In this document: positions 12,780-25,184 of the stretch, one piece after another | How positions within the stretch are numbered: position 1 is the first letter of the stretch | Layout: each line of letters begins with the position of its first letter | Source: Chiloscyllium plagiosum | Taxonomy: Eukaryota | Reading direction: 5' to 3' | NCBI RefSeq assembly: GCF_004010195.1 | Contig: NC_057754.1 | Span: forward strand, 2,075,238-2,139,237 | DNA length: 64,000 nucleotides | The notes under the pieces: generated by a model | Seen by the model: only the letters and a program-made list of their open reading frames with translations | Told to the model about the DNA's origin: nothing | Database searches by the model: none | Position numbers and translations under genes: made by a program

Positions 12780-14182
12780 AGAGAGTAATAGAGTCATAGA
12801 GATGTACAGCATGGAAACAGACCAACTCTTCCATGCCAACCCGATATCCTAACCTAATCTAGTCCCGCCTGCCAGCACCCGGCCGATATCTCTCCAAACC
12901 CTTCCTATTCATATACCCATCCAAGTGCCTTTGAAATATTGTAATTGTACCAGCCTCCACCGCTTCCTCTGGCAGCTCATTCCATACACGTACCACCCTC
13001 TCCATGAAAATGTTGCCCCTTAGGTCTCTTTTATAGCTTTTCCCTCTCACCCTAAACCTATGCCCTCTATTTCTGGACTCCCTGACCCCAGGGAAAAGAC
13101 TTTGTCTATTAACCCTATCCATGCCTCTCATGATTTTATAAACCTCTATAAGTTCACCCCTCAGCCTCCGATGCTCCAGCGAAAACAGCTCCAGCCTATT
13201 CAACCTCTCCCTATAGCTCAAATCCTCCAACCCTGGCAACATCCTTGTAAATCTTTTCTGATCCCTTTCAAGTTTCACAATATCTTTCCGATGGGAAGGA
13301 GACCAGAATTGTACACAATATGCCAAAAGTAGCTTAATCAATGTCCTGTACAACCGCAACATTAACTCCTGACTCCTATACTCAATACTCTGACCAATAA
13401 AGGAAAGCATACCAAACGCCTTCTTCACTATCCTATCTACCTGAGACTCCACTTTCAAGGAGCTATGAACCTGCACTGCAAGGTCTCTTTGTTCAACAAT
13501 GCTCCCTAGGATCTCACCATTAAGTGTATAAGTCCTGCTAAGATTTGCTTTCCCAAAATGCAGCACCTTGCATTTATCTGAATTAAACTCTATCTGCCAC
13601 GTCTTAACCCATTGGCCCATCTGGTCAAGATCCTGTTGTAATCTGAGGTAACCCTCTTCGCTGTCCATTACACCTCCAATTTTGGTGTCATCTGCAAACT
13701 TACTAACTGTACCTCTTATGCTCACATCCAAATCACACCGATCCTTGTGGCACTCCACTGGTCACAGGCCTCCAGTCTGAAAAACAACCCTCTGTCTTCT
13801 ACCTTTGAGCCAGTTCTGTATCCAAATGGCTAGTTCTCCCTGTATTCCATGAGATCTAACCTTGCTCATCAGTCTCCCATGGGGAACCTTGTCGAACATC
13901 TTACTGAGGTCCATATAGATCATGTCTACCACTCTGACCTCATCAATCTCTTTGTTACTTCTTCAAAAGACTCAATTAAGTTTGTGAGACATGATTTCCC
14001 ACGCACAAAGCCATGCTGACTATCCCCAATCAGACCTTGCCTTTCCAAATACATGTAAATCCTGTCTGTCAGGATTCCCTCCAACAACTTGCCCACCATT
14101 GGCGTCAGGCCCACTGGTCTATAGTTCCCTGGCTTGTCCTTACCACCTTTCTTAAATCACGTTAGCCAACCTCCAGTCTTCT
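12780..14182 (-). mobile_element. Relatively young CR1/HER1 LINE, 5'-truncated, with a 299 aa open RT/C-terminal stretch (12859-13758)
   Basis: KFADDTK, RRLRGELIEVYK, WNELP; 3' tail ctctatgactct. Confidence 0.95.
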
Positions 14183-15559
14183 GCCATACCACGCTGTGAT
14201 GTATCCAGATAGGATGATTTCAATGGTGCATCTATAAAAATTGGTAAGAGTCCTTGTGAACATGCTAATTTTCCTTAGCCTCCTGAGGAAGTAGAGACAT
14301 TGTTTGTACTTTCTTAACTATTGCATCAATATGGGCAGATCAGGACAGATTGTTGGTGATCATCACTTTCAGAAACTTGACATTCTGGACTATCTCCACC
14401 TCAGTATCATTGATGCAGACTGGGACATGCTATCCACTCTACTTCCTGAAATCAATGACCAGCTCCCTCATTTTGCTGACATTGATGGATGGATTGTTTA
14501 CACTGTCCTGTAAGCATTCAATCTCTTTCCTGTATTCTGATTCATTGTGTTGTGAGATCCAACCTATGATGGTGGTATTGACAGCAAACATATAAATGAT
14601 AATTGGCCACACATTCATGAGTGTAGAAGGGTTACAGTAAGAGGCTGAGTGTGCAGCCTTGCAGGGCTCCGGTGTTAAGGTTTATGGCAGAGGAGACGTT
14701 GTCGCCCATTCTTACTGATTGCAGAAAGTTGAGGATCCAGTTATAGTGGGGAGCCAAAACCTAGGTCTCAGAGTTCAGAGATGAGTTTGTTTGGAATTAT
14801 GGTGTTGAAGGTAGAGCTGTAGTCAGACGTAGGTATCCTTGTTATCCAGATATTCCAGGGATGAGCATAGGGGCAGGGAGATGGTGTCTGCTGTGGACCA
14901 GTTGGGTTGGGAGGCAAATTGCAAAGGATCAAGACAGTCTGGATGGCTGGATTTGATGTGAGCCATGACTAACCTCTGAAAACACTTCATAATTATGAAG
15001 GTCAGAGCCAGGTAGTGAGGCATGCTGCATGATTTTTCTTTAGCACCAGGATGATGGAGGTCTTCTTGAAGCAGGTGGGAACTTCAAAACATAACAAGGA
15101 GCGGTTGACGATGTCAGTGACTACTCCTGCCAGCTGGTCCACACAGGATCTGAGTGCGTGGACTGGGGACTCCATCTGGGCCAGTCATTTTCAGTGAGTT
15201 CACTCTGAAGAAGGCCGATCTGATGTCTGCAGTGGTCATTGTGGGTAAAGGTGAATCCAAGGCTGGATTTCCTTCCATGAAGAGCAATAATGAAAGAGGT
15301 GGATTTTTAACAACTATTGATGGTGGTTTCATGGTCATCATCATTGAAACTAGCTTGTAGTCCTGATCCAACTGTTTCAACTGTTGTTCAGATTTTATCA
15401 TAGCAGCAAATAACAACCATTAGCTAAGGCCTCTGGATTGTTAATGAAGTGGCATTGCCAGTATACCACTATCATCCTTACTAACCTCCCACTAACTCTG
15501 TACAGGTTAGGAATTGAATCTGTAACTGTCAATTTATAGGAGATAACAGTCATCGCTCA

Positions 15560-15835
15560 AATGGGTGACACTCTTCGTTCTGAGCAAGAAGGCTGAAGTT
15601 TATGATCCAGTGTATCATCATGAGCAAACAGTGCAGGATGGCATTTCAGTGACATACCCGGTGAGCCCTGCACAGACAGAATTACTATACTCCAGAGTAA
15701 TGCTTAAATTGAGGCCTTTCCACCACTTAGGCAAATGTTAAAGAATGACCCTATTGTGATTTAATCTATCGGCAATAAAGCACTTTGGAATTCCTGAGGT
15801 TGTGAAAGGTGCGATGAAATGCAGCACCTTTCCTC
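15560..15835 (+). mobile_element. Decayed Deu-domain SINE (SacSINE/AmnSINE-like)
   Basis: Similar to 37570-38000; ends gaggttgtgaaaggtgcgatgaaatgca. Confidence 0.5.
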
Positions 15836-16379
15836 TAATAGTGCCCCTCAGCCACTACCTGCATAAACCCAGTGAGCTATTTGGGATGTTTTTTCCAATT
15901 GCTGTCCTTTCAAACCTGTTCTTGCTCAACCGACACATTCCCATACAGCTCCCAACTTCCTCACTAAGATGTGGCAGAGGTTAAGGTGAAGTAGTCCAGC
16001 TGTTAAGAGAGTGAGTGAACTGAACTCTGTGATTCACTGCATGGCTCCTTAAACACAAACTGAATTGCTGAGAATCTTATTTCTTCAGGACTTGACTTTT
16101 CAATGATCTGAGTCAGTGCATCAATAATTCGAGAGGTCTGGATGAAATTCTTTTTCTTTGGTGCTTTGACCCTGTAAGTATCCTGTAATGTGTAGTCTAA
16201 CCCAACTTGAAAAAGCATGTTACATGATTTACACAAAGATATTAATAAGAAAGAAATACAAGATATTTTTCAGCAATGTTATCAACTATTTGATCCATCA
16301 ACTACAGTCCCTTCATGACAGCAGAGAGGGATTTTTATCCAAAAGTCTCGAACCAAGGGACATTGTCTCAGAATAAGGG

Positions 16380-16917
16380 AGAGAGAATGACAGATACACA
16401 GTCACAGAGATCACAGTTTCACAGTCACAAAGGTGAGACAAAATAGAACGGACAGCACCTATCATACAAACAGTTAACTAGACTACTGGACTTTGATAAA
16501 CAATTAACATACACGTAGGATAGAGGTGGGGTGAAATTTCTTCATTCAGAGGATGGTGATCTTTAAATTTGGGAGCTATGGACACTCAGTCACTGAGAAT
16601 ACTGATGGATCATTTTTGAACACTAAAGGAATTAAGAAATAATATAGGAACTGAAGGAGAAGATGAGACAGAGGGTGTTGAATGACCTACATCTGCCCCA
16701 ATTCTGATGTTCTTTATTTGCTGGGAAAACATATTAGTATTTTAAAAATCCTGAACCATGTCCTCTGAAACAAACAGCTAACGTGTATGTTAATTGTTTA
16801 TCAAAGTCCAGTAGTCTAGTTAACTGTTTGTGTGATAGGTGCTGTCCGTTCTATTTTGTCTCACCTTTGTGACTGTGAAACTGTGATCTCTGTGACTGTG
16901 TATCTGTCATTCTCTCT
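16380..16917. repeat. 137 bp inverted repeat pair (16380-16516 and 16781-16917)
   Basis: Reverse-complement match with one mismatch seen; spacer about 264 bp. Confidence 0.95.
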
Positions 16918-16919
16918 GC

Positions 16920-17562
16920 CTCAGTCCTTGTGCAGATGTGCTTTCTCTCTCTCTCTCTCTCTCTCTCTCCCCCCACTCCCTCTTTCATATAAAGCTGTGA
17001 TGCTCTGCTCAAGTTATAGGAAGGAGATTATCAAGCTGGAGAGGGTTCAGAAGAGATTTGCCAGGATGTTGCTGGGTATGGAATGTTTGACTATAAAGAA
17101 AGGCTGGATAGGCTGGGACTGTTTTCACTGCAATGTAGGAGGTTGAGAGATGACCTCATAGAAGTTTATAAAATAATGAGAGCTATAGATAGTGTTAATG
17201 GTAGCTATCTTTTCGCTGGGATGGTGGATTTCAAGACTAGGAGTCACACTTTTAAAGTGAAAGACTATGAGAGAGATTTAGAAAAGATAAGGCAATTTTT
17301 TTACACAGGATGGTTTGCATGTGGAGTGAACTTCCTGAGAAAATGGTGGATGTGATTAAATGTACATTTAAAAAACATTTAGATAAGTACATGAATAAGA
17401 AAGGTTTGGAGGGATGTGGGCCAGGCGCAGTCAGGTGGGACTAGTTTAGTTTGGAATTATGTTCAGCATGGACTGGTTAGATCGAAGGGTCTGTTTCCAT
17501 GCTGTATACTCTATGACTGTATGACTGAGTAACTGTAGATCTCTCTCTGTCTCTGTTGTCTT

Positions 17563-17600
<38 letters not shown>

Positions 17601-17880
17601 AGTCCCTGTGTATATCTGTGATTCTTTTCTCTATAATTTTATACTTGTAATTCCCTCTGTCTGCCTCAGTCTCTGTGCAGATGTGATTCTCTCCGATACG
17701 ACTGTGCATCTGCAGTTCCTCTTTCTCTGCCTGGCTTTCTGTCTGTTTCCCTTGGTCTCTGTGTGTATCTGTGATTCTCTCCTCTATGACTGCATATCTC
17801 TAATTATCTCTCTCTTTCTCTCTCTGTCTCTGTCTCTCTCTCTCTCTCTCTCTCAGTCTCTGCATTTTACTCTGTATCCT
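16920..17880 (+). repeat. CT-rich low-complexity tract with (CT)n microsatellites, interrupted by a CR1
   Basis: (CT)n runs near 16944, 17567 and 17807; recurring ctcagtc..tgtg..tgtgattct motif. Confidence 0.8.
17005..17527 (+). mobile_element. CR1 LINE 3' fragment
   Basis: LERVQKRFARM, RRLRDDLIEVYK; tail ctatgactgtatgact. Confidence 0.9.
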
Positions 17881-18029
17881 TGAGTCCAATGGTGACCTTT
17901 TGCTATCCTCCTCAAATTACTCCTTGCACATCGTGACCATTGATGTGGCATATTTCTCTGGTGAAGCAGCGAATATAGAGAAACATGCAAATGTACTAAG
18001 GATTTATAATTCTATCCAGTTCAAGCTTT

Positions 18030-18390
18030 GAATGCGAGAGGAAGCAGGCAGTGTTGGAGCATGAGCATTGCAGACACGTCTGTTACCTTTCAGATTAGAC
18101 ATTGTCCCAGGGCCCCATCTGCTTATTCAGCTGGGTATAAAAATCCCATGACATGATTCGAGGGCAGGGCACTTTCCTGTGTGCTTTCCAATAATCATTC
18201 ATCAACTGTTACCAGTGAAACAGATTTCTCTCATTTGTTATCTGTGAGATCTTGCTGTGCGCAAATTGGCTGCTACATCTGCCGACATAATAACAGTGGC
18301 TGCGTTCCAAAAGTAATTCATTCTTGGAATTACTTTGGGATGTTCCAGTATTGTGAGGAGCATTATACAAATGCAATATTTTTGTTTCAT
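18030..18390 (+). mobile_element. Deu-domain SINE, decayed
   Basis: cttgctgtgcgcaaattggctgc..aacagtg..caaaagta core. Confidence 0.65.
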
Positions 18391-19094
18391 TATCCTTTTT
18401 CAGTTGGGTCCTTTGGGCACTCAGAATTCTCTCCCCCTAACAAGCTGGCTGATTGAATTGTTTTCATGGTTCAGAAACGTGCTGTTAGGAGATACCCAAG
18501 AGTAGTGGGAGCTGATTTCCTCTCACCCTCTACTTCACCCTGTTTCATGCAGAAAATAAGACTCATTTTTACTTAACTGGGTCTCCAAGGGTAAGGAACT
18601 CAAAAGCTCTTTCATGGAATGTTGTATAACATCCCTGAACTCTGCTGAGACACGGCCTCAAGGGTAACGATACTGCTTCTAATGGCACCAGGATTGAAGC
18701 AACAGCCAGCCTGCTTTGAAGGTCTTACTGTTTTTTATTGAGTTGTTAAGTCATCATTCAAGGTCCACTTTGATCACATGCTTGTTGTGCTTGAACCCTA
18801 TCTTTTTTCTGGTGAAGGGAAGCTGTATCACTTTGTTTTTGTTAAATGCTGGGGCTTGGTTTCATTATGTACTGAGAGACAGGAGGTTGGTTAGGGACTG
18901 GAAAAACTCTTGATGCTTTTGTCCCTGTGCCATGCTTTAGCAGGCTCCTGCGGGAAGATTTACTTCCCCAATTACATTTGCAATAAACCAATTGAATATT
19001 TTTTAACATTGTGTTATTGTGAACAGCAGGCTTCCTTTTAGGATTATTTATCCTAGCTCCACTACCTTTCTTAAAGGAGAACCAGTGTTGTTAA

Positions 19095-19780
19095 GGATGT
19101 GGGCATTACTTGGCAGAGTTTATTACCCATCACTAATTACCCTGGAGAAGATGGTGAGGTGACTTAGCACCTTGGAGTCATACAGCATGGAAACAGACCT
19201 TTTGGTTCGATCCATCCCAATCTGACCTAGTTCTATTTGCCAGCATTTAGCCCATTTCCCTCTAAACCTTTCCTTTCCTCTTCATAAACCCATCCAGGTG
19301 CCTTTTAAATGTTGTAATTGTACCTGCCTCAACCACTTCCTCTGGCAGCTAGTTCCATACACGCACCACCACCTGTGTGAAAAAAATTATCTCTCAGGTC
19401 TTTTTAAAATCTTATCCCTCTCACCTTAAACCAATGGACTCTAGATTTGGTGTTCCCCCCTTGGAAAAAGACCTTGGCTATTCAACCTATCTGTGGGATG
19501 CTTTGTCCAGGATGATGTTGAGTTCCTTGAATGTTGTTGGATCTGTGCTCATCCATGCAAGTGGGAGTATTCCATCACACTCCTGACTAATGCATTGTGG
19601 ATGGTGGACAAGTTTTGGGGAGTCAGGAGGTGAGTCACTTGCTGCAGGATTCCCAGCCTCTGACCTGCTGTTGTAGACACAGTGTCTAAAAAGCTGGTCT
19701 AGTTCACATTTTGGTCAATGATAGCCTCCAGGATGTTGTTGGTGGGGATTCAGCAATGGTATTGCCATTGGAGGTCAAAC
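19095..19780 (-). mobile_element. Old CR1-group LINE (same family as 38460-39045) with a nested CR1 3' fragment at ~19175-19490
   Basis: Similarity to 38460-39045; the insert starts gagtcatacagcatggaaacag. Confidence 0.7.
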
Positions 19781-20279
19781 TATTAATTTCACTAAAATGT
19801 TTACATGTGAACTGTGACAGTAAACTTGAATGAACTCTTTGACCACAATATTTTAGCTGCAATATATTCTACTCTTAGAGTGTACATAGAGGATTCAAGA
19901 CCTAATCATGGCCACTAAATAGATTGCAAAATAGGAATCCAGGTATTACCTCTTTAACTTAGTGCTGTTGTGGATACCCAATCAGATTACCAACCAGTAT
20001 CAATTATGAATTGAAGTTCAGACTTTTGTATCCATATTCGTGAGTTGCTCACTGGATAAACATGGCAAGGTCATGGCAAAGATCCACAGGAAATGCTTTC
20101 AAACTGTTGAAAAGTGAAATTCCTTTGTAACAAAGGCAGCCTTATCTCAACACTCTCGCTTCTGAGTCAGGACATTGTGGGTTCACGGCCTATTCTCACT
20201 GCTGGGAGTCAAAGTCCATATTTTCTCTTCAGTGCAGCACCAAGAGAGTGCCAAACGATCTTCTGACCCTCTTTCAGAG

Positions 20280-20960
20280 TAGTGAGTAGAGTAGAGTAGC
20301 TTTTTATTTGTCATTTCTACCATATACAACTGATACAGAAAAATCGAGACAGTGTTCCTCCAGGACCGAGGGTGCTACATGGACAGCACAAACTATACAA
20401 TCATACACGGCATAAAGTGAATAAGAAGTGCAAAATAAGCACGTTACAGTGTAATAGAAGAATGATAAATAATAGACATTTTTCGAACAGCAATTCAAAG
20501 TTGTGCAAAGAATTTCAGATGGGAAAGAGTGTGATCATACTGTGTTAAGGAGCCTGATGGCTTGGGGGAAGAAAGTGTTGCACAGTCTGGCCGTGAGAGA
20601 CCGAATGCCCCGGTATCTTCTGCCTGATGGCAGGAGGGAGAAGAGTTTGAGTGAGGGTTGTGGGGTCTTCCACAATGCTCTTAACTTTTCAGATGCAGCA
20701 TGTGGTGTAAATGTCTGTAATGGAGGGAAGAGAGATCCCAATGATCTTCTCAGCTGTCCTCACTATCTGTTGTAGGGTCTTATGATCCGAGACAGTACAA
20801 TTCCTGAACCAGGCAGTGATGCAGCAATGAACCCTCAGGGTACTCTCAATGAACCCTGTGTAGAATGTGCTGAGGATGGGAAGTGGGAAGTGTGCTTTCC
20901 TTCAGCCTGCGCAGAAAGTACAAAGGCTGCTGGGCTTTCCTGGCTATGGAGCTGGTGTTG
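20280..20960 (-). mobile_element. Rex1/Babar LINE 3' fragment
   Basis: LLPSGRRYRGIRSLTARLCNTFFPQAIRLLN; aataaa signal then (ctact)n tail. Confidence 0.88.
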
Positions 20961-21869
20961 AGGCTTCAGGCCTCAACCAAGATGTACACTGTCTGATCTA
21001 TTTGGTGGAGTTTCTTCATTGCCGGGCACATCCAGTACCTCCACCAAGTGACCACTTCTCTGCTAAACCTTGGCAGTGAACAGCAGCTGCTAGTTTGAAA
21101 CATGCAGAGAGGAAGCACAGGATGATGCAGACAGACTGTATGATGGAGGAAGGTTTTCTATCATTTTTTAGCCCAGAAATGTTGAACCCAGTCACGAGAC
21201 CTACGCCTGCTTCAGGTCAGCTAAAATGTTTTGTTCCTGGCTACTTCACTCTTCTTAGTATATGACTGTGACATAAAATTCAGCACCTTGAGTCTCCAAA
21301 TATTATTGATTCTTGAAACTAGGGAAACACAAGACGCTGTGAAATTTCTTACTTAGCTCAGGTTTAATTGAGATCTCCTTGCTTTGCTGTTAACCAGTCC
21401 TGAGAGATAGAGAAAAACAAAATCTTCCCAGCATTCTGAATGACATGGGCCATGAGGAGAGATCTGGGAGAATTGTGTGAATACTCGAGTGAGGCCTTTC
21501 TCAAAGTTGGGAGTGACTTTGTTGCATTTTTTGACAGAATTCCAGATGCCAGGTTGAGATTCTCGCTAAGGAGTGGCAAGATGTCTATTAACAGGGATTA
21601 TTGCTAGTCATCATCCTCATCAACATTGAATCTTGCCTTATTGATGTGCAGTCCAACCCTGGCATCCCCGACTTGGAAACCAGAGACTGGGAATTCCCAA
21701 CATGAATGTTGGAGTGAGTACCTGGTGTTTCCACCTCTGTGCTTGCTCCACCGCACTACCAACCTTGACACATGGCACCAACATCTCAGGGCACACTTAA
21801 TTTAGAACTTCTGCATGCACCCAACATCCAAGACATTGTATCTGACTCCTGCTAGATCCTCTGTACCAT

Positions 21870-22219
21870 CAGGCTCAGTACAGCGCAGCAAATGGTCCCG
21901 GATGGAATACTGTACAGAACAGGCTCAGTACAACCCAGCAATCTGTCCAGGATGGAATACTGTACAGACCAGGCTCAGTACAACCCAGCAATCTGTCCAG
22001 GATGGAATATTGTACAGACCAGGCTCAGTACAACCCAGCAATCTGTCCAGGATGGAATATTGTACAGACCAGGCTCAGTACAACCCAGCAATCTGTCCAG
22101 GATGGAATATTGTATAGACCAGGCTCAGTACAACCCAGCAATCTGTCCAGGATGGAATACTATACAGACCAGGCTCAGTACAACCCAGCAATCTGTCCAG
22201 GATGGAATACTGTACAGAC
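21870..22219 (+). repeat. Minisatellite, 7 x 50 bp
   Basis: Unit caggctcagtacaacccagcaatctgtccaggatggaatactgtacagac starting at 21870, 21920, ... 22170. Confidence 0.97.
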
Positions 22220-22220
22220 C

Positions 22221-23039
22221 GTGCAAATGCAAGGTCTTGCACTTTGGAAAAAAGAACACCGGCATGGGCTATTCTATAAACAGTGAGAAAATTCCTAAAG
22301 CCAAAATACAAAGGAATCTGGGAGTGCTAGTACAGGATTCTGTAAAGGTTGACTTGCAGGTTGAGTCCATGGTTAAGAAACCAAATGTAATGTTGTCATT
22401 TATTTCAAGAGGGTTGGAATGTAAAAGCAGTGAGGTGCTACTAAGACTTTGTAAATTTCTGGTTAGGCCCCATTTAGCATACTGTGTCCAGTTTTGGGCC
22501 CCACACCTCAGGAAGGCCATACTGGTACTGAAGCGTGTCCAGCAGAGATTCACACGGATGATCCCTGGAGTGGTAGGCCCAACACATAATGAATGGCTGA
22601 GGATCCTGGATTGTATGCGTTAGAGTTCAGAAGGTTGAGGGGAGATCTAATAGAAACTTATAAGGTAATGCATGGCTTAGAAAGGGTGTACGCTGGGAAA
22701 TTGTTTCTATAAGGTAATGCATGGCATACTAGGACGCGTGGGCACAGCCTTAGAATTAGAGGGGGTGAATTTAGAACGGAAATGATGAGACATTTCTTCA
22801 CCCAGAGAGTGGTGGGCCTGTGGGATTCACTATCACGGAGCACAGTGGAGGCAGGGGTGTTAAATGTCTTCAAGGCAGAGATAGATAAATTCTTAATCTC
22901 GCAAGGAATTAAGGGATATGGGGAGAGTGTGGGTAAATGGTGATGAAATGCCCATCAGCCATGATTGAATGGCGGAGTGGGCTCGATGGGCCGAATGGCC
23001 TTACTTCCACCCCTATGTCTGATGGCCTTATGGTCTTAT
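22221..23039 (+). mobile_element. CR1 LINE 3' part
   Basis: KCKVLHFG, LVRPHLAYCVQFWAP; tail ggccttatggtcttat. Confidence 0.92.
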
Positions 23040-23559
23040 CATGACCTATCTCCAACTTACTTGCTTTACTTTTCAATGCTGCAGTGAAGGAGTGTCACCA
23101 GCTATCATTACAGTGCTGCATCAAGGACACTTTGCATGCAGGTTCAGGCACTCAACCCGCAAAATGAATCAGCTGCATCTCAGTTCTGCTTGTGCTCATT
23201 CACCTTGCACCTTTTGGATGCTCACAGCATCTCTACTTTGCCTTGCCCTGCCTTGTCTTGCCGAGCCTTGTCTTTTAGTGCAGACACAAAGACAGGCAGC
23301 TCATTGTGGTTGTCATCAGTCAAGGAAATGGGTATGTTGATGCAGCTCACTATGCTATTGCCAAGTTTACACCTGCATCTGTGCCAGACACATTGCAAGT
23401 GGTTCAAACAGATGGCCACATTGAAGTTGGAGAAAGTAGTACTGAGTCATGTCAAGGGAGACACCCTTTAAGCAGAGGGTCCTGCTGTAGTAAGCCTCTG
23501 TCCAGCAGCGTGGACACGGTCATTTGACACGAGGGACAATCAGGATCAGGACCCTTGCC

Positions 23560-24392
23560 TTGTAATGGGTGATGAACCAAATGTCAGACACCCATCATCT
23601 ATGTTTCTGTCCTATTTTGGGCCATTCTATCCTGCACTGAGAGAAAGAGAATAATTGAATGAGATGAAATTGCATGGCATAGCTGTTAGCACTGTTTCAG
23701 TTAGGAAAACATTGGTGAGATGTTCCAAGTGAGTGTGTAGGAAGTGCACAGACCATGCAGGATTAGTAACGTGAGAGTACTGGGTGGGTGACAGTGAGTG
23801 AATGAGGAAGCATGTTGCATGTAATAGTTGGAATGGTGGAAAATGAGCCTGGGTGGGGAGTGAGGGGAGAAGCAGAAATGGAGTGAGTGAGAGGTAGCAG
23901 AGAGAAGATGGTGACACTTACCCTGGCAGACTGGAAGAAGTCATTAACCTTTGTCCTGCACTGCAAGATGGCTCTCCAGATAGCTGATGATGCTTAATCA
24001 AAGTGGCAACCTCAGACCAGACTGATATGGTTTGATGTTGTGTCCTCTGCTGGTCCAAGGAGAAGGGGATTTTCCCAGCATCGTGGGTTTATCACCCATT
24101 ACAAGGCAAGGGTCCTGATCCTGATTGTCCCTCGTGTCAAATGACTGTGTCCACGCTGCTGGACTGATATCAGAGGCTTACTACAGCAGGACCCTCTGCT
24201 TAAAAGGTGTCTCCCTTGACATGACTCAGTACTACTCTGCTCCAACTTCAATGTGGCCATCTGTTTGAACCACTCATGTCTTCTGCTGGTCCAAGGAAAA
24301 GGGGATTTTCCCCAGCATCATCCCATCCACCAGGACCTTCAGACACATGTCCATGAAATGAGGTGCCAATTTCCTCTTCTCTGCCTTGTCCA
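23560..24392 (-). pseudogene. Harbinger-type Myb/SANT-like DNA-binding protein remnant, two exons
   Basis: KRKLAPHFMDMCLKVLVDG..WSEVA..WRAILQCRTKVNDFFQSAR|gtaagt; intron 23632-23921; tgcag|DRMAQNRTET*. Confidence 0.6.
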
Positions 24393-24399
24393 AGGCAAA

Positions 24400-24806
24400 G
24401 AGTCACAGATACATACAGCACAGAAATAGACCCTTTGGTCATACCAGTCCATGCTAACCATAATCCCAAACTAACCTCGTCCCACCTGCTGGCACTTGGC
24501 CCATATTCCTCCAAACATTTCTTATCTAAATGTCTTTTAAACGTTGTAACTGTACCCACATCTACCACTGCCTCTGGAAGTTCACTCCACACATGAACCT
24601 CTCTCTGTGTAAAACAAAGTTGCCTTTCCTGTCTTTTTAAAATCTTTCTCCTCTCACCTTAAAACCCCCAATCTTGAAATCCCCAACCCTAAGGAAAAGG
24701 CACCTGCTATTCACCTTATCTGTGCCCCTCATGATTTTATAAACCTCTCAACCTCCTATGTGAGTGAAAAATGTCCCAGCCTGTTGCAGCCTGTCCTTAT
24801 AACTCA
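24400..24806 (-). mobile_element. CR1 3' fragment
   Basis: WSELPEAVV..TFKRHLD and the CR1 tail. Confidence 0.88.
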
Positions 24807-25184
24807 AATGGCAAAAATCATGCAGGCACCTCTGGACTGGTGGTGTTTGGGTACACCTTTTAAAGAAGGCACCAGAGCCAATGATAGCTATCTATTCCTG
24901 GACATCCTGGCACTGGTGAGTTCTTCCCGCTACACTGAGTGGTAGAATCCAGCTGGCATTGGGTAAGAGAGGAACCATCAGGTGTGGTGGTTAGTTAATG
25001 AGGTGATGACAGCATGAGAAAGCTCGCTTAGTCTCACCAATAGAAACCTTCTATGAAACTCAGTGGAAGTGACACCGAGCCCAAATATGTTAAGATTCAA
25101 CTCAATCTACAACTGTCCAATCCTCAAAATGACCACAACTTAATATAGTAATGCAATGGAGAGTGCAATGCATAATCGTTTGAT

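Larger units (their letters stand above)
9590..15240 (-). mobile_element. Rex1/Babar LINE split into three pieces (9590-9783, ~12517-12779, ~14183-15240)
   Basis: KDPSHPSYTLFHPLPSGRRYR..RFTNSFFP C-terminus; [15 protein letters not shown] and GPDGVP RT motifs; sequence rejoins across the CR1 insert (gagcagtt|gccatacc). Confidence 0.85.
21465..25105 (-). mobile_element. Probable decayed PIF/Harbinger-type DNA transposon (ends uncertain)
   Basis: Contains a Myb/SANT pseudogene; weak inverted similarity between ~21465-21625 and ~24990-25105. Confidence 0.45.

Noticed and set aside
12859..13758. 299 aa ORF as a domesticated gene or active LINE
   Set aside because: 5'-truncated CR1 with an internal deletion near 13735 and broken upstream RT; openness is explained by youth.
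16003..16236. Protein-like 77 aa minus-strand ORF
   Set aside because: No recognisable family and no convincing splice donor on that strand.
21870..22219. CRISPR-like array
   Set aside because: Units are contiguous with no unique spacers, there are no cas genes, and the context is eukaryotic; it is a minisatellite.
21892..22623. 243 aa ORF as a novel repeat protein
   Set aside because: It is a stop-free minisatellite read through into CR1 RT sequence.
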